From Curvularia clavata (Eukaryota): DNA of 64,000 nucleotides. Numbering within the stretch: the stretch's first letter is position 1; each line of letters starts with the position of its first letter. A model generated the notes under the pieces. That model saw nothing but the letters and a program-made list of their open reading frames with translations. It was not told where the DNA came from and ran no database searches. The translations under genes and the position numbers were made by a program. This document shows, piece by piece, positions 1-11,868 of the stretch. The DNA is taken from the NCBI GenBank assembly GCA_023920165.1, contig CP089280.1, positions 1,860,001-1,924,000 of the forward strand, written 5' to 3'.

Positions 1-1
1 C

Positions 2-1096
2 TGGGTCGATTATCACGAAGCATTCAATCCTCGTGGAGACGGCTACCAAGACACCTCGTCCAGCTCTTCTGGTGGCGGTGCCGGTACTGCATCGTATTCG
101 TGGTTGGACGTCAGTCTTGGTTCAGACACTGGTGGCAGTGTACGTGGCCCATCCCAAGTCCAAGGTCTGTACGGCAATCGTCCTTCACACGGTCTTGTTT
201 CGTTGGACCATACGATGCCGCTCAGTCCTGTGCTTGACACGCCTGGATTGCTCGCCCGTAACCCCCATGTCTGGATGGAAGCTGCCAAAGCCATGTATGG
301 TCCTAATATCAGCATCAGCAACAGCTATCCTGCCAGCATCCGGACAATTGGTTGGCCTACAGAGGTGGAGGATATCGCCGACCAGCTGTTGGTGGATTTC
401 TTGGGCAATGTGACCGAATTCCTGAGCGCGAATGCGACAGCCTACAACATCAGCGCGTCGTTCAATGCTGATAACGCAGATGTTGCGCCCTTGGCGACGT
501 TTATGAACCTCACATACGCACTGCTCATCACGAAACAGCAAACTGAACTTGTCCGTAAACCGTTTTATGCCGATTACGCCGCTAAGCATGACGGCCGCCT
601 TCCGTTCGTCAACCCCGTCCCGCTTGCTCGCTGGGGCTGGGGCGATAAACAAAACGCAACTCTCGACGATGCCATTGCTAACAAGACTTTGTTTCAAAAT
701 TGGGCCAACGAGACTTTCCTTGCCCCTTCGTCCCAGACATGTTCCCAGTCCCTAGTTATGTACGTTGGCGCCACTCCTGGAACAGTATACCGCAACACGT
801 ATTGGAAAGAGCCCGGAGTTCCTCTCGGCTTTGGAAACAGTCGCATTTCGGTCATGTCAGAAGTACCTGATTACGTTGTGCCGCTTGGCGAGGCGCCGTA
901 TAATTCTACCATCACCGGTCACGTGGAGTACTTACCTGTCACAGCCAATTTGATGGCAGCGAAAGGATGCGACGGTATGCTGTTTTCGCTCATTGCAGAC
1001 CTCTATGATGCGGGTATATTGAAAGAGAGTCAGGTCGGACAAAGCGCGGTAACTGGCGGGGAGATTCTGTATCGGAGAGGCATGCCCATATATTAG
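2..1096 (+). CDS. Amidase-signature family protein (GatA-like fungal amidase), 5' end outside window
   Basis: Frame open from nt 2: [28 protein letters not shown]...[12 protein letters not shown], the amidase signature. Stop TAG at 1094-1096. Confidence 0.88.
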   Translation, partial: WVDYHEAFNPRGDGYQDTSSSSSGGGAGTASYSWLDVSLGSDTGGSVRGPSQVQGLYGNRPSHGLVSLDHTMPLSPVLDTPGLLARNPHVWMEAAKAMYGPNISISNSYPASIRTIGWPTEVEDIADQLLVDFLGNVTEFLSANATAYNISASFNADNADVAPLATFMNLTYALLITKQQTELVRKPFYADYAAKHDGRLPFVNPVPLARWGWGDKQNATLDDAIANKTLFQNWANETFLAPSSQTCSQSLVMYVGATPGTVYRNTYWKEPGVPLGFGNSRISVMSEVPDYVVPLGEAPYNSTITGHVEYLPVTANLMAAKGCDGMLFSLIADLYDAGILKESQVGQSAVTGGEILYRRGMPIY

Positions 1097-1756
1097 TTTC
1101 AGCGCCCTGAGCACCAGTTGGTTGGCATAGCTAGGAACAAAGTGCTACCCACGAAAACAAAAAAGATTATCTACAGATATTCCATGCTTCCGAATCTTCC
1201 CAAGACTACTTACCGTGACATGATTGGCTAATAAGGGTGTTCGGATATGCGTACAGGGAGCAATGCGGGAGCTCAACGGAGTTCCGTTCAGGTACACCAC
1301 TTTCCAGCCAATCACATCACAGGCGATTTGCTGACTAGGGTCTCGCTCGATCTGGATAGCTCCAACTCGCCAATGTCCGCGGCCCTCATGTATGACGTCC
1401 GGAAACAAGGTGGTGACGACACGGCAAAATCCGAAGTGAGCCGACCATTGGATTGGCCGTTGTGTTGGGGGAGACACACCATCCGGCTCTCCGCTGTGAT
1501 TTGCGGAACGGTACAATTGCTGGTATGCAACGTTGAAGCTCAAAAGTAACCGTATGGATAAGCACTAGTCATTGCTTTCTGGGTATTCCGCTCACAGTTA
1601 GTTTCGCATAAAGACCCGCACCTTTGTGTCCCAAGCTTCTGCCGTACGGCGGCAGAGTACACATCAATTCTTCCATTGCTGTTTTCCATCTGCCCCGCAA
1701 CACCACACCTCGCTATACAAGACGTTTGGATCAATTCTCGATATCCTTCAAGCAAA

Positions 1757-2352
1757 ATGAGTCTCCCAAAGCATCCAGCGCTGGTGCACTTCCCAATCAC
1801 CACGACCCTGCTCACTGGCGGTCTGGATGCATTTTACTTCTTCTACAACTACCAGCCAACGTCTGCAATTGTGGCCTCAACCTGTAAGAGCAGTCCCAAC
1901 TTCAATTTCAGCTCTCATTACTGTGCTGAAGAAGATTGAGTACTGACAATTGGTTTTCAGACAAGACTCTTGACATCCAGCTCGCCCCCAAGCTGTTCCC
2001 ATTCTTCAGCTACTACCTCACGATCCTCACCCTTGCCTTCTCCGTCCCTGCCGTCATGACTGGCGCGGCCGAGCTCATGCCCCTTATCAAGCGCGACGGC
2101 TTCAGTTCCCGCAAGGCCAAAGTCGGAGTAGCCCATGCTCTGATCAACGACATTACCGTCGTCGCAGCGGCGGTCAACTGGTGGACACGCAGGAGCCGCC
2201 CAATGTTTGAGCCAACAAGCACAAACCTCATTCTCAGCTGCGTCATGGCGCTTCCAGCCACCTTGTTTGCTGCACATCTTGGGGGCAAGTTGGTCTACAT
2301 TTATGGAATGGGCTTCTCGGGCGGTCAGGCCAAGGCCAAGAAGACACAATAG
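1757..2352 (+). CDS. Small DUF2231-like integral membrane protein, 2 exons
   Basis: ATG 1757, MSLPKHPALVHFPI (HPxxVHFP motif). Intron 1884-1960 (GTAAGA..CTGAC..CAG) joins to the exon with HALIND and AAHLGGKLVYIYGMG. Confidence 0.8.
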
Positions 2353-2533
2353 ACGAATCAGCGCAGTTGTGGAGTATGGCAATACACCGCGAAACGGGAC
2401 AATCATGTTACATACAGCTTGTGAAGGATCGTTAGGCTTTCTCATGAGGTCTGGCCGTTTACTGAACAAAAAAATGGAAGACAAAATGGCCAGAAATAAG
2501 ATATACTTGGCAAATACATACATATAACAATTG

Positions 2534-4681
2534 TTACAGACCAAATTCCAATACGTGGTGCTCCCCACTTCCCAGACCGCAACAATGGGTCTTGCCTGCT
2601 TGGAGAGTCTGTTCCAAAAGATGGTTCATCTGTACTTGGCTCAAAAGCTGGCATCGTTGTAGTTCGAGCAGATCGCCCAGGTGGCAATGGAAGCACAGAG
2701 GGGTGTCGTTCAACATGGCCTGTGGTGGGCCAAGTATATTCATCACCGAAGGCGTGCGCAGCTCTGGTAAAAGTATGATTGCGAATCCGGAGATCAGCCA
2801 TTTGCCGCTTTGACTTAGACGGACAATAAAAGCGTTGTTCGAGTCGGTGATACCAGAGAAGACACATACGCGGTCTCCAGGCCGGAGCTCGTATGACCCT
2901 GGGCCACCTCCACAGGCAAATCCAGTGATGCCGTTCGTACCTACAAAAGAGGTGTAACGTGCGAGAGCCTGATCAGTATCCCGTCGAGTCAGCCTGCTCC
3001 TCGCAGTTGTGTATAGTGCTACAGCGTCATTGGTCATGCTCCGTTTGAGGATATCGCGCATGACTCTGGTATTGCTGCCCTCGCCAGCTTCTGTATTTTC
3101 CAAAGCGTAACTCTGTCTCTCAGCACTTGCTTTTATGAGCCCGGAGATGACGTGGTCAGTGGACTCTTCAATCATCGCCTGCCGAAGCTTTTGAGAGGTA
3201 CCAGGATTTCCAGATGGCACGTAAGGATCAGCGAAGCTAAGTAAGATCTCTGTGTCTTTCTTTGTAACCAGCTGGCCAAGGTCCAGAATGTCCTGTGTGG
3301 AGAATGATCTCGGATGCATGCTCGATCGTGACCAGCCTGCGGTCCATGTCTTCCCTAGGAAAGCCTCGTCTTGAAACATGAATTCACCGACTTCTGTGAT
3401 AGTACTGACGAATGCTATCGATGCCGTCATGCACGGTGTTGCTGTCAATACGTAGATGTGCGGCTGTACTTCTGGACACAGCTGCAGTACGTGCTGGGTA
3501 AGCTTCTCACACGAGACATTGAGCGCTTGCATGAGGTAGGCTAGAAATTTGAAGTCGTCTTTGTCCCCTCCTTTTTGATCGCTATGGCATTGGTTGCGGA
3601 GTACGTCGACGAGTAGTTCCACCGGCGATTTGCTGTAGTCTGGCTGAATCTTCTCTCCGCGACCCTTTGATGCAACACCAAGGAACCCATACACTCGATC
3701 GTGCTCAACCGTGCTTTGTGATGAAGCGAATGCTTGTAAAAGGTCGCGCAGCCGGAACGTAGCCTTCAAAGTCCTGCTGTTTCTTCGACCCAGGACCTCT
3801 CTTTTGTAGTGTTTGGTGTGCTTGAATTCCCTTCGATACTTGAACAACAAGTACCCGCGACTGGTGTAGATCTGTCTTGAAGCCGAAACAACTGGTGTGG
3901 ATGTGAGCCCGTCTTTCCAGATATTCTCAACGACCGCTGCATCTACGCTGAGGTCGCCACACCATATGTCGACCCGCTGCGCTAGCACGAACTCCTGTAC
4001 AACCCATACACGCCCCCAATACGGCTTGTTAAGTACGTCTGCCAAGGCGACGTGGAACTCCTCGATTTTGAAAAGGTTAGGCCGTCGCGCGAGCATGAAG
4101 GCTAAGTCTTCCGTACCTGTGGCGAGTCCAAGCCAGACAATGACAGATTCGGCTCCGGTGTATATGTCGCGCATGAGAGAAACTTGATGGCTGCGCTCCC
4201 CCATGTTGCTCTGATCAATGACAACGGCATCAATCCAGAGCGGCATTACCGGACTAGGATCCCTTTCCGAGCAATGTCGTAGATATTCTTTCTTGCGATA
4301 CTGTTGGAGAAAGCTCCATAATCCCTCCCCGACTGAGAACTTGGTTCCTTGGATATCAATATTTCTCCTTTGACCACCCTTGTCCCACGTGTACGACAAT
4401 GCGATATACGCAGGTTTCTCGTCCAGGTCGCACACTAACATCGTCGCTTGGATTGGCTCATACTCTGGCGCAAGTGATATCTTCAAGAGTCTGACTTGCT
4501 TTTTGTTAGGGTCTAGAGCGCCATATTGCAAAGGCGGTAATGTCTCTAGAGGGTCGTCGAAGTTTGGAATTACTTGAGGTATAACAGGTACACTCGACTT
4601 GCGTCTCGATGCAGACATTCGAAATGGGTCCACAAATGTTCTCTTAAGCAAGCCTTGCTTGGACCCATCGGGTGTGGCCAT
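2534..4681 (-). CDS. HET-domain (heterokaryon incompatibility, HET-6-like) protein
   Basis: 715 aa ORF with HET motifs VRLLKI, YIALSYTW, LWIDAVVIDQ, ERSHQVSLMRDIY and YWGRVWVVQE, plus DRVYGFLG. Confidence 0.88.
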   Translation of the reverse strand: MATPDGSKQGLLKRTFVDPFRMSASRRKSSVPVIPQVIPNFDDPLETLPPLQYGALDPNKKQVRLLKISLAPEYEPIQATMLVCDLDEKPAYIALSYTWDKGGQRRNIDIQGTKFSVGEGLWSFLQQYRKKEYLRHCSERDPSPVMPLWIDAVVIDQSNMGERSHQVSLMRDIYTGAESVIVWLGLATGTEDLAFMLARRPNLFKIEEFHVALADVLNKPYWGRVWVVQEFVLAQRVDIWCGDLSVDAAVVENIWKDGLTSTPVVSASRQIYTSRGYLLFKYRREFKHTKHYKREVLGRRNSRTLKATFRLRDLLQAFASSQSTVEHDRVYGFLGVASKGRGEKIQPDYSKSPVELLVDVLRNQCHSDQKGGDKDDFKFLAYLMQALNVSCEKLTQHVLQLCPEVQPHIYVLTATPCMTASIAFVSTITEVGEFMFQDEAFLGKTWTAGWSRSSMHPRSFSTQDILDLGQLVTKKDTEILLSFADPYVPSGNPGTSQKLRQAMIEESTDHVISGLIKASAERQSYALENTEAGEGSNTRVMRDILKRSMTNDAVALYTTARSRLTRRDTDQALARYTSFVGTNGITGFACGGGPGSYELRPGDRVCVFSGITDSNNAFIVRLSQSGKWLISGFAIILLPELRTPSVMNILGPPQAMLNDTPLCFHCHLGDLLELQRCQLLSQVQMNHLLEQTLQAGKTHCCGLGSGEHHVLEFGL

Positions 4682-6660
4682 GATCGTATACGATTCCTAA
4701 GAGCAACTACAGAAACGTGATAGCCTGGCGGATTCTCGGCGGAAAGGCTGAGGCAGGGCTTGATTCGACGCAAAACGCTATCCGTCCATCGCCAAAACCC
4801 ACCAAGAGATTGCGGTCTTTTTCCACGATGGCGCTGCGATAATTTGTGCAATGGCGACACGTATTTTGCGATGCGAGGGGTGGAAACACTGTGTTGTCCG
4901 TGCATTTCTCAGGCACGAGCTCGTTCAGCTCGGTTACTACGCTAACTCTCTGCAGGAGTCATTCTTCTAGCCACTCCATGTTCGATGCTGTTTTACAAGA
5001 TGCTGTCTCTGATCCAAGAGCATCTTTGAAGCAGTATCTAATGGTGATGATGTTTTGAGTTTCAGTAGAAATGGAAAGAACTGGAAACAAGCTGGCGTCT
5101 ATTCTTGCGTGTCACGGCGCGTGGCATGATTTAAACAGCGCGTTCTACACAGCATAACATCGTTCTGCAGAAAGATTGCCAGATTTTCCCATGAATCGGT
5201 TCAGTTCAGTTTTGAAGAGAACAGAGTGATGAGTTGGTCAGAGATGATGGGATCGTCTTTCGAGGAGGACATTGGTCACGTGATGCGTCGTAAATTTGGC
5301 TCCACATGCCCTATATATACTATCTCAGATGGCATATATGCTGTAACTGCCGCTTTTTGGAGAGATTTTTGTCAAAAAAGTTCTATATAAGCAGCCAAGA
5401 CGGGTATCTAGATATACTATCGGTTGTACTTTGAGACTGTAATGTATGGTGAATGACTACCTACATGTATTGGAAAACTACCCTCCTTCCAATAGTCTTG
5501 TTTCTAGGCTGAGCCAAAGATGTTTCATCTTGTCAGAGAGAACTGTGTGCAAGAGTAATTTTCTACACACATGCACATCTAGGCATGAGTGTGCTATTCC
5601 AACAAGCACCAACGGTGCTTCGCCCAATGCGACATCAGGAGAGAATGAATACTCAGCTCATTGTCTCGAAACTTTGACCTAAGTGACGAATAGTGAAAAG
5701 ATGACTTACATGTTGGGTGCATCTAAACCTTGGGTGCATCTAGACCGGCGGAATTACATCCGAACCACTGAACGCCGTGCCAAGTGAGTATTGGTTGTAC
5801 GTCCAATGCAACGCCACTAATCTAGAAGAAGCATTCAACATAGAGCAGGTCGAACCATCCCACATAATGCCAAGAATTTAATATAAACTTAAAAATCTAT
5901 TTTGAGATCTACGATACATGGGGTATTGGTAAAACCTTTTCAGCTCAGCCTCGAGTCCTAGGCGTGGGGGAATGCCCGAGGGTCTGTCAAACTACCTCCT
6001 ATATCTTGACAGCAAAACAATCACTGATAAAATTCTTGATTGCACACAACTCGATCTATACGTATGTTGGTTTCTTATTCGTTAAAAGGCGTGCCTTGCT
6101 CACATATTTACATTTACTCATATTTCTGCGTCGGGCCATCCCGCCTTTAGCCTAATCTCGCAGGTAGGAGGCCTCAATGGCATACCGCGCTGACACTGCA
6201 TGTCAGCCTTATAGCCCCTCGCTTCAGGCACTCCAATGCCCGGTGCTAACAACATCAACCTTAACACGAAACCCTGCCTGGATAGATGTGTTATTCACTC
6301 AATGATATGTGGTACATGTCTGCTTGCGGAATCTTAATCTCAAGAATATAACCCAAATTCTAGTAAGAGCTACGTACCGAAATATGTTTCGAGACACATT
6401 TCAGACCCTAGATCTCTCAGACCCACCATGGTTTATGATTACACAAAAATACGAGCTCATATATTCTCGCATCCAAAACGAGATCAGCAAATCCCTCCAC
6501 CATTCATGAATCCCGAGCTGAAATGCTAATCGCCAAATATGGAATGAGCTCCGGTAGCAGCTGGTATATTTACCATTGAAAGGCCCTTCCTTTGTTCGCC
6601 TTTACATATCCATTCGCACGCAATCCAACTCAAGCCCGCTATACATGCTCGCAAGCCAAT

Positions 6661-7758
6661 ATGCGTAGCTTCACATCCTCGTTCTTTGCAACTGTGCTAG
6701 TCACAGGCGTAACAGTCCATGCTGCAGTCAAGCCTTACATTGAGACCACTCCAGATATCAACACGGAATGCAAAACCTGCCCACGCTCTCTATGTCCAAA
6801 CAAGATCGCTTATGACAGCGACAATAACTTCAACGTGACATGTTGGACACACGGAACAAAGATCATGGGCGACGACCTATGGCTCAAGAGTGAGGCAGGC
6901 TGCTACGTGACCCAGTACGATGTCCGAGAGTATCCAGGAGATTGTAATTATTACCTAATACCTAATGGCGGAAGAAGCTGCTGATGACTCTCTGATTAGA
7001 CACCACTGACCTCAAGTACTGCGGCCGTGACTCCGAGGTCCAAAAGCTGACCACTCAAGACGCAAAACTCAAATACAAGACTGAATGCAGGATCTGCCCT
7101 GAGATCAATTGCGACGTTGTCTCGTATCTGAACGAAAATACTGATTTGAAGCTAACATGCTGGTACCCAGACGGCCAACTCATTATTGATGACCCGTGAG
7201 TAGTGCTTATTTCGCCTTCAAAAATTGATAGCACAACAGCCCAACTAACATGGATTGATGCGTAGGTACTGGCTCAAGACTACAAACAACTGCTACGTTG
7301 CACGCAAGAACTTATACTCCAAACCCAACCTGGACCGCCTTGATAACTGTGGACCGGTCCCATTGCTCGAGATTGCGAACCACAACAATGAGAACGGAAC
7401 CAGCGATATCAACAAGCGCGAGCCCTCTCCAGAGCCTGTTCCTGTTCCTGTTCCCGTCCCCGAACCTCAAGGAGACTTCAGCGTCAAGTACCTCGTCAAC
7501 TTTACCATCGGCGAAGAGTATGCCTACTGTCACACCTGCGCAAATGCCACTTGCCCGACAAAAACCACATACGAGTTCGACCAGGAAGTATGGCTACAAT
7601 GCTACGAGTACGACAACAACCTCGACTCTTGGCTCTTGACGACAGACTTTTGCTACGTCAAGGAAACGGACTTTTGGCAGAGTCCCGGAGATTACTACCG
7701 CTTCCCATCATGTGGTCTGTTCAATGGTCAACCTGGCAACGGTGATGATGACAAATAA
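6661..7758 (+). CDS. Secreted Cys-rich protein with three tandem fungal SH3b-like repeats, 3 exons
   Basis: Signal-peptide-like MRSFTSSFFATVLVTGVTVHAA. Introns 6944-6999 and 7196-7265 give one open frame. Three copies of CxxCxxxxC...C...WLxxxxxCYV...CG. Confidence 0.75.
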
Positions 7759-7911
7759 TTTCTCGGAGGATATATTAAGAAGTTACTATGTTAAAGAGAA
7801 ATGTGTAGAGAACTTCCTTCTTACTACGCTACGCTCAATGCATGACCATGGTATTACATTATTTGACACTATATACAAAGAACATGAAATATTTTGTTAC
7901 AAAAGTTCATC

Positions 7912-9901
7912 TCACTTGCCACTTCCAAACCCCCAAGAAAATGAAAATGAGGGAAGGCTGACCGAGCGCAGGCCGAATACGTTCAGAATGTTGAAAGTAT
8001 TTCTGGCCTTGATAAGGTCGGCACCCTTTTCAGCAACTGCATACATGGTGGATTGAAGATGAGTCGCAGGGATCAGAGGAATGATACTTGCATCTACAAT
8101 GCTCAGTCCCTTGATACCGTACACCGTAAGGTCGCTTGAAACACAGCCACCATACATCTCAGGCATCATCGAGCAGCTACCAGACATGTGTGCAAAGGAT
8201 GCCTCAAGAGCTTGCTGCTGAACGAGGTCACCGATAATTTCGTCATCCGTTTGCGCCTGAGTACCGGGCGTGAGTTCAACCGGAGAGAACTTGGCAAGCT
8301 CCGAGCTTGTCCAGTGCTTGCGCGTCCATCGTACCATCTCAACAAGAATCTGGCGGTCGACAGGATTCTGTAAAGAGTTGAACTGGACGATGGGGTTGCC
8401 ATATTTGTTTCGCGGGTTGATAGTGATTGTGCCTCGAGAAAGTGGACGTTGTAGGGCGTTGATGGCTAGACCGAAAGGAACCATTGGGAACTCAGCAACA
8501 GCAGCATCAGCACTGCCATGGAGGCTGGCGATGATGTCGCGTTGTTTTTGGAACCCACGCAAAAGGGAATAGTCATCATACACAGAAGGCAGATAACTGC
8601 GGACGTTTTGTGACTTGACGGTCTGCACAATGCTGCTCCATTTGTCTGTAATGGTTTGCAAACTCAGGAAGGCCAGGCTGCTACCGTGGGCCTGAGTGAG
8701 AGGTCCACTGCGGTCAGTGTTGTACTCTGACCATACTGTAGCGTTGTATGAGGGGTCGAGACCACTAAGCGGGTTCGGGAAAGCAAGGTTCTGTAGATCG
8801 AATATCATGTTGGCGTTGGGATGGTCCTGCATGTTGGCGCCAACAGCTGGCATGTGTTTCTTGACTGTTATGCCAGCCGCGTTGAGTACATCTCTGGGAC
8901 CGATGCCGCTAAGTTGCAGCAATTGAGGGGTGAAGACTGCACCAGCCGCCATGATAACCTCGCGTTTTGCGTACACCTTCTTGACAGAGCCATCCTTGCG
9001 GGACTTGAATTGAACGCCATTGGCTGTGAGACCGGTCAAGAGGCCGCTGTTGAAGAGAATCTCATTAACCGTGTTGCCAGTCAAGACAACCAGATTCTTG
9101 CGGCCCTTGATAGGGTCATAGTATTCGTTCTTTGCGTGAGACCGTGTTTGCGTCTTCGGTCGCAGAGCTGTGGGTATCCAGAACGCGCCAACAGCAGAGC
9201 CGGAGCCCTGTTCTTTCGGCAAGGGCACGCCGCTCTTCTTGTAGGATGCCCAGATTGTCTTGACGTCTGGGTATTCAAATTCTGGGTAAGAGGCTTGGAT
9301 GGGGCCGTCAGTGCCATAGCACGATGCGTCGTATGTAGTGCCAAACTCTTGGACGTTGGAGGCTGATGGCGGTGTAAAGGTCGTGGACTTTTTGAAGTAG
9401 TATAGAAGGTTGTTGAAGTTCCAGCCACTGTTGCCCAGTTGCTCCCAAGCATTGTAATCAGCAGCAGAAGCACGATCAAACGCCATGCCATTGACGACTG
9501 ATCCTCCGCCTAATACGTTTCCTACCCAGACAGGATGGGTTCCGCCAGTGTTTGTGTCATATGCTGACACAATGTCATACATGAGCGGCTTGTTGAGACT
9601 GTTGGCGAAGCTAGGTACTTGAGTGGAGATATCATCCGTCTCATACCCATTTTCGATTACGAGCACGGTACCTTCGATAGGTTAGACGAGGGCTTTCAGG
9701 GCTTTCAGCACACTTACGGCTCGAGTCTTCACTCAATCGATTGGCAACAGTCAGTCCAGTCAGCCCTCCACCCACGATAACGTAGTCGAATGACTGCCCA
9801 TTGACATCAGTGGCTCCATTATTGCTACCTGGCACTAAGGGGTGAACTAGGTGTGGTACGAAAGACGAAAGAAAAGTGAGTCCTGAAATAATGAGTGACA
9901 T
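7912..9901 (-). CDS. GMC oxidoreductase (AA3_2-like, aryl-alcohol oxidase/glucose dehydrogenase type), 2 exons
   Basis: FDYVIVGGGLTGLTVANRLSE FAD motif. Intron 9672-9717. GNVLGGGSVVNGM, TPQLLQLSGIG, VGANMQDH, catalytic His pair in FAHMSGSC and ATHLQST, IVDASIIP. Confidence 0.92.
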
Positions 9902-11868
9902 GGTAGCGAACGTGGAACAAACGAATGTGTGGAATTCAGCAGTCCAACATAAGGGCGCTGCAATCTCTTCAGCTGAGGGTAGCGAGGCTTATGGAAAGTA
10001 TATACCCGAACTTGGTTTCTACTGGCCAGACTCAATACTAGCAATAGTTTGCGAATGGGCCACCCCTGACCGAGTGTGGCTACCCGGAGCTATGACTAGC
10101 GAAAGACTATTAGTAGCGAAGCATGACGGCCCATTTGGTGTCAACAAATACTTCTGTCACTTCGGGTAATCTTGCCCGGTATTCTAGAGGCTTAGAACGT
10201 GAGTATGGTCATACCGCGTCCTGATCAAAGAGCTATTCAGAGTCTGTATCGGTGTAGGCTATTCATAAACTGAGTCTATGTTTTTTTTACCGATGTTGTG
10301 TATAGTGTGCTCTCTCTCTCTCACACACAGACACACGCATACACTAACTTTATGAAATCGATAGATAGCGTATTCATGGCGGCCAATCGAAGGTGTTGAC
10401 ATTCTCGAAAAGGGACAGAGGCTCTGATATTTGACACATGTACGTCACCATCGCAGACAGAAACTCCACGCATCGTACGACAAAGAAGACTAGGCAAACA
10501 TGGAGAAACCATTATCTAGGTCTGGACCAACGATACCGTTGCGAACAGGGAAGAGGAGATAGAGGTGGTGATGGCGTAGCTGTGATTTGGGTGGGTGAAA
10601 ACCTAGAGTTGAAGAACATGACCCTTCAGATCGGGAACGCCGCTTTCTTCATTCATTCTCGCCCTCCTGACCGTTAGTACATATTTGACCAACTCCCGAT
10701 GTTTAGGGCGTTGTCAATTGGTCTGGCCGGAACAATCTCCACTGTCTAGACTGCCTGTGGCGCCCTAACGTTGCTTGATTCGGTATCGGAGATGCGGGCT
10801 GCCAAGAAAGGTTTGCCGAACAGCAGCTGGTGGTACCGTAAACTTTGAACTACAACTCTCAGTCAAACCATCACACTCCTCAGCCATGGCATTGCTAAAA
10901 CAACGGAAGCACAGAAATGCGAAGTATTGAAACGACTGACACGGCGACGCAGTGCTTGTGCAAAGTTCGCGTACCTGACTAAATAGGTAGGAGCACCGTT
11001 GAGGGGTGATAGGAGGGGGATGAAACAATCTCGGCAAGGATGCGAGTAGCGCAGCAAGCTGCACTCGCATGCAGGTTCCTGGCTAGATCACTATTCTTTT
11101 TACGGCGGACTTTGTACGGCAGCCACATTTCCATAACACGGTCATCCCGAGGCTGAGGTTCCGTGGGCTTCAACGCCACCCCCAAGCTAAACCTGCCCGA
11201 AAGGCACCAACCTTACCGTCTCAGTCCAACAGCGGACCGCTAAGGATGTCGACGACATTTTGCCCGATCAATGGGCAAAGACAGCCGACTAATCTTGAAT
11301 TGGTCGAGACTATCGAAGCAAACCTTCCGCCGGCTCTTGTTTGGTCAGGATCTCAAATCACAACGTCGTCGTGACCCTCGGGGGGCCTCGCAATCTTGGG
11401 CTCCTTGGATGGGTGGAGGTTTCAGAAAAGGAACAGTATCTAGACTCTCAATCAGCATGGACAAAACACTAGTTTACATGATCTTACATATGGGCCAAGA
11501 TATGATACAAGCATCCGTAATACCTACATGAATACCCTTCGGCTAGTTGCCTGTGGCTTCGGCATTGACTCACGAGCATGCTAACAAGCCCTGTAGAAAG
11601 GCCTTGGGCGCGTCCAGTACCTCTGTGCAGCTCCACTTCCAGACTTTCAGGATCGGTTAGTCTTGACTGTCGTTACGGCCGGCTGCATCCGTGTCAATAA
11701 CAGGAGAAATATAACGGCATGCCTGCCCGCCCACGTGGTGCATGGTACAACTACTGCATAACATCGTCAAGGACAAGAGACTAGCCTTGCCGAGAAATAC
11801 ATACTACACCTCGGCCCCCTCTTCTAAGCCCTCCTGTCCTGATTTCCGTTTCGACCTTCAGCACTGCG

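Noticed and set aside
5713..5746. Direct repeat TTGGGTGCATCTA(A/G)ACC, two copies
   Set aside because: Only two copies of a local 17-bp duplication, with no array or transposon structure.
7414..7467. RiPP (KEP/dikaritin) precursor interpretation of the KR-containing secreted protein
   Set aside because: Only one KR site, the repeats are folded domains rather than short core peptides, and no DUF3328/UstYa gene is in the window.
10309..10345. (CT)n/(CA)n tract
   Set aside because: Short, imperfect microsatellite with no further significance.
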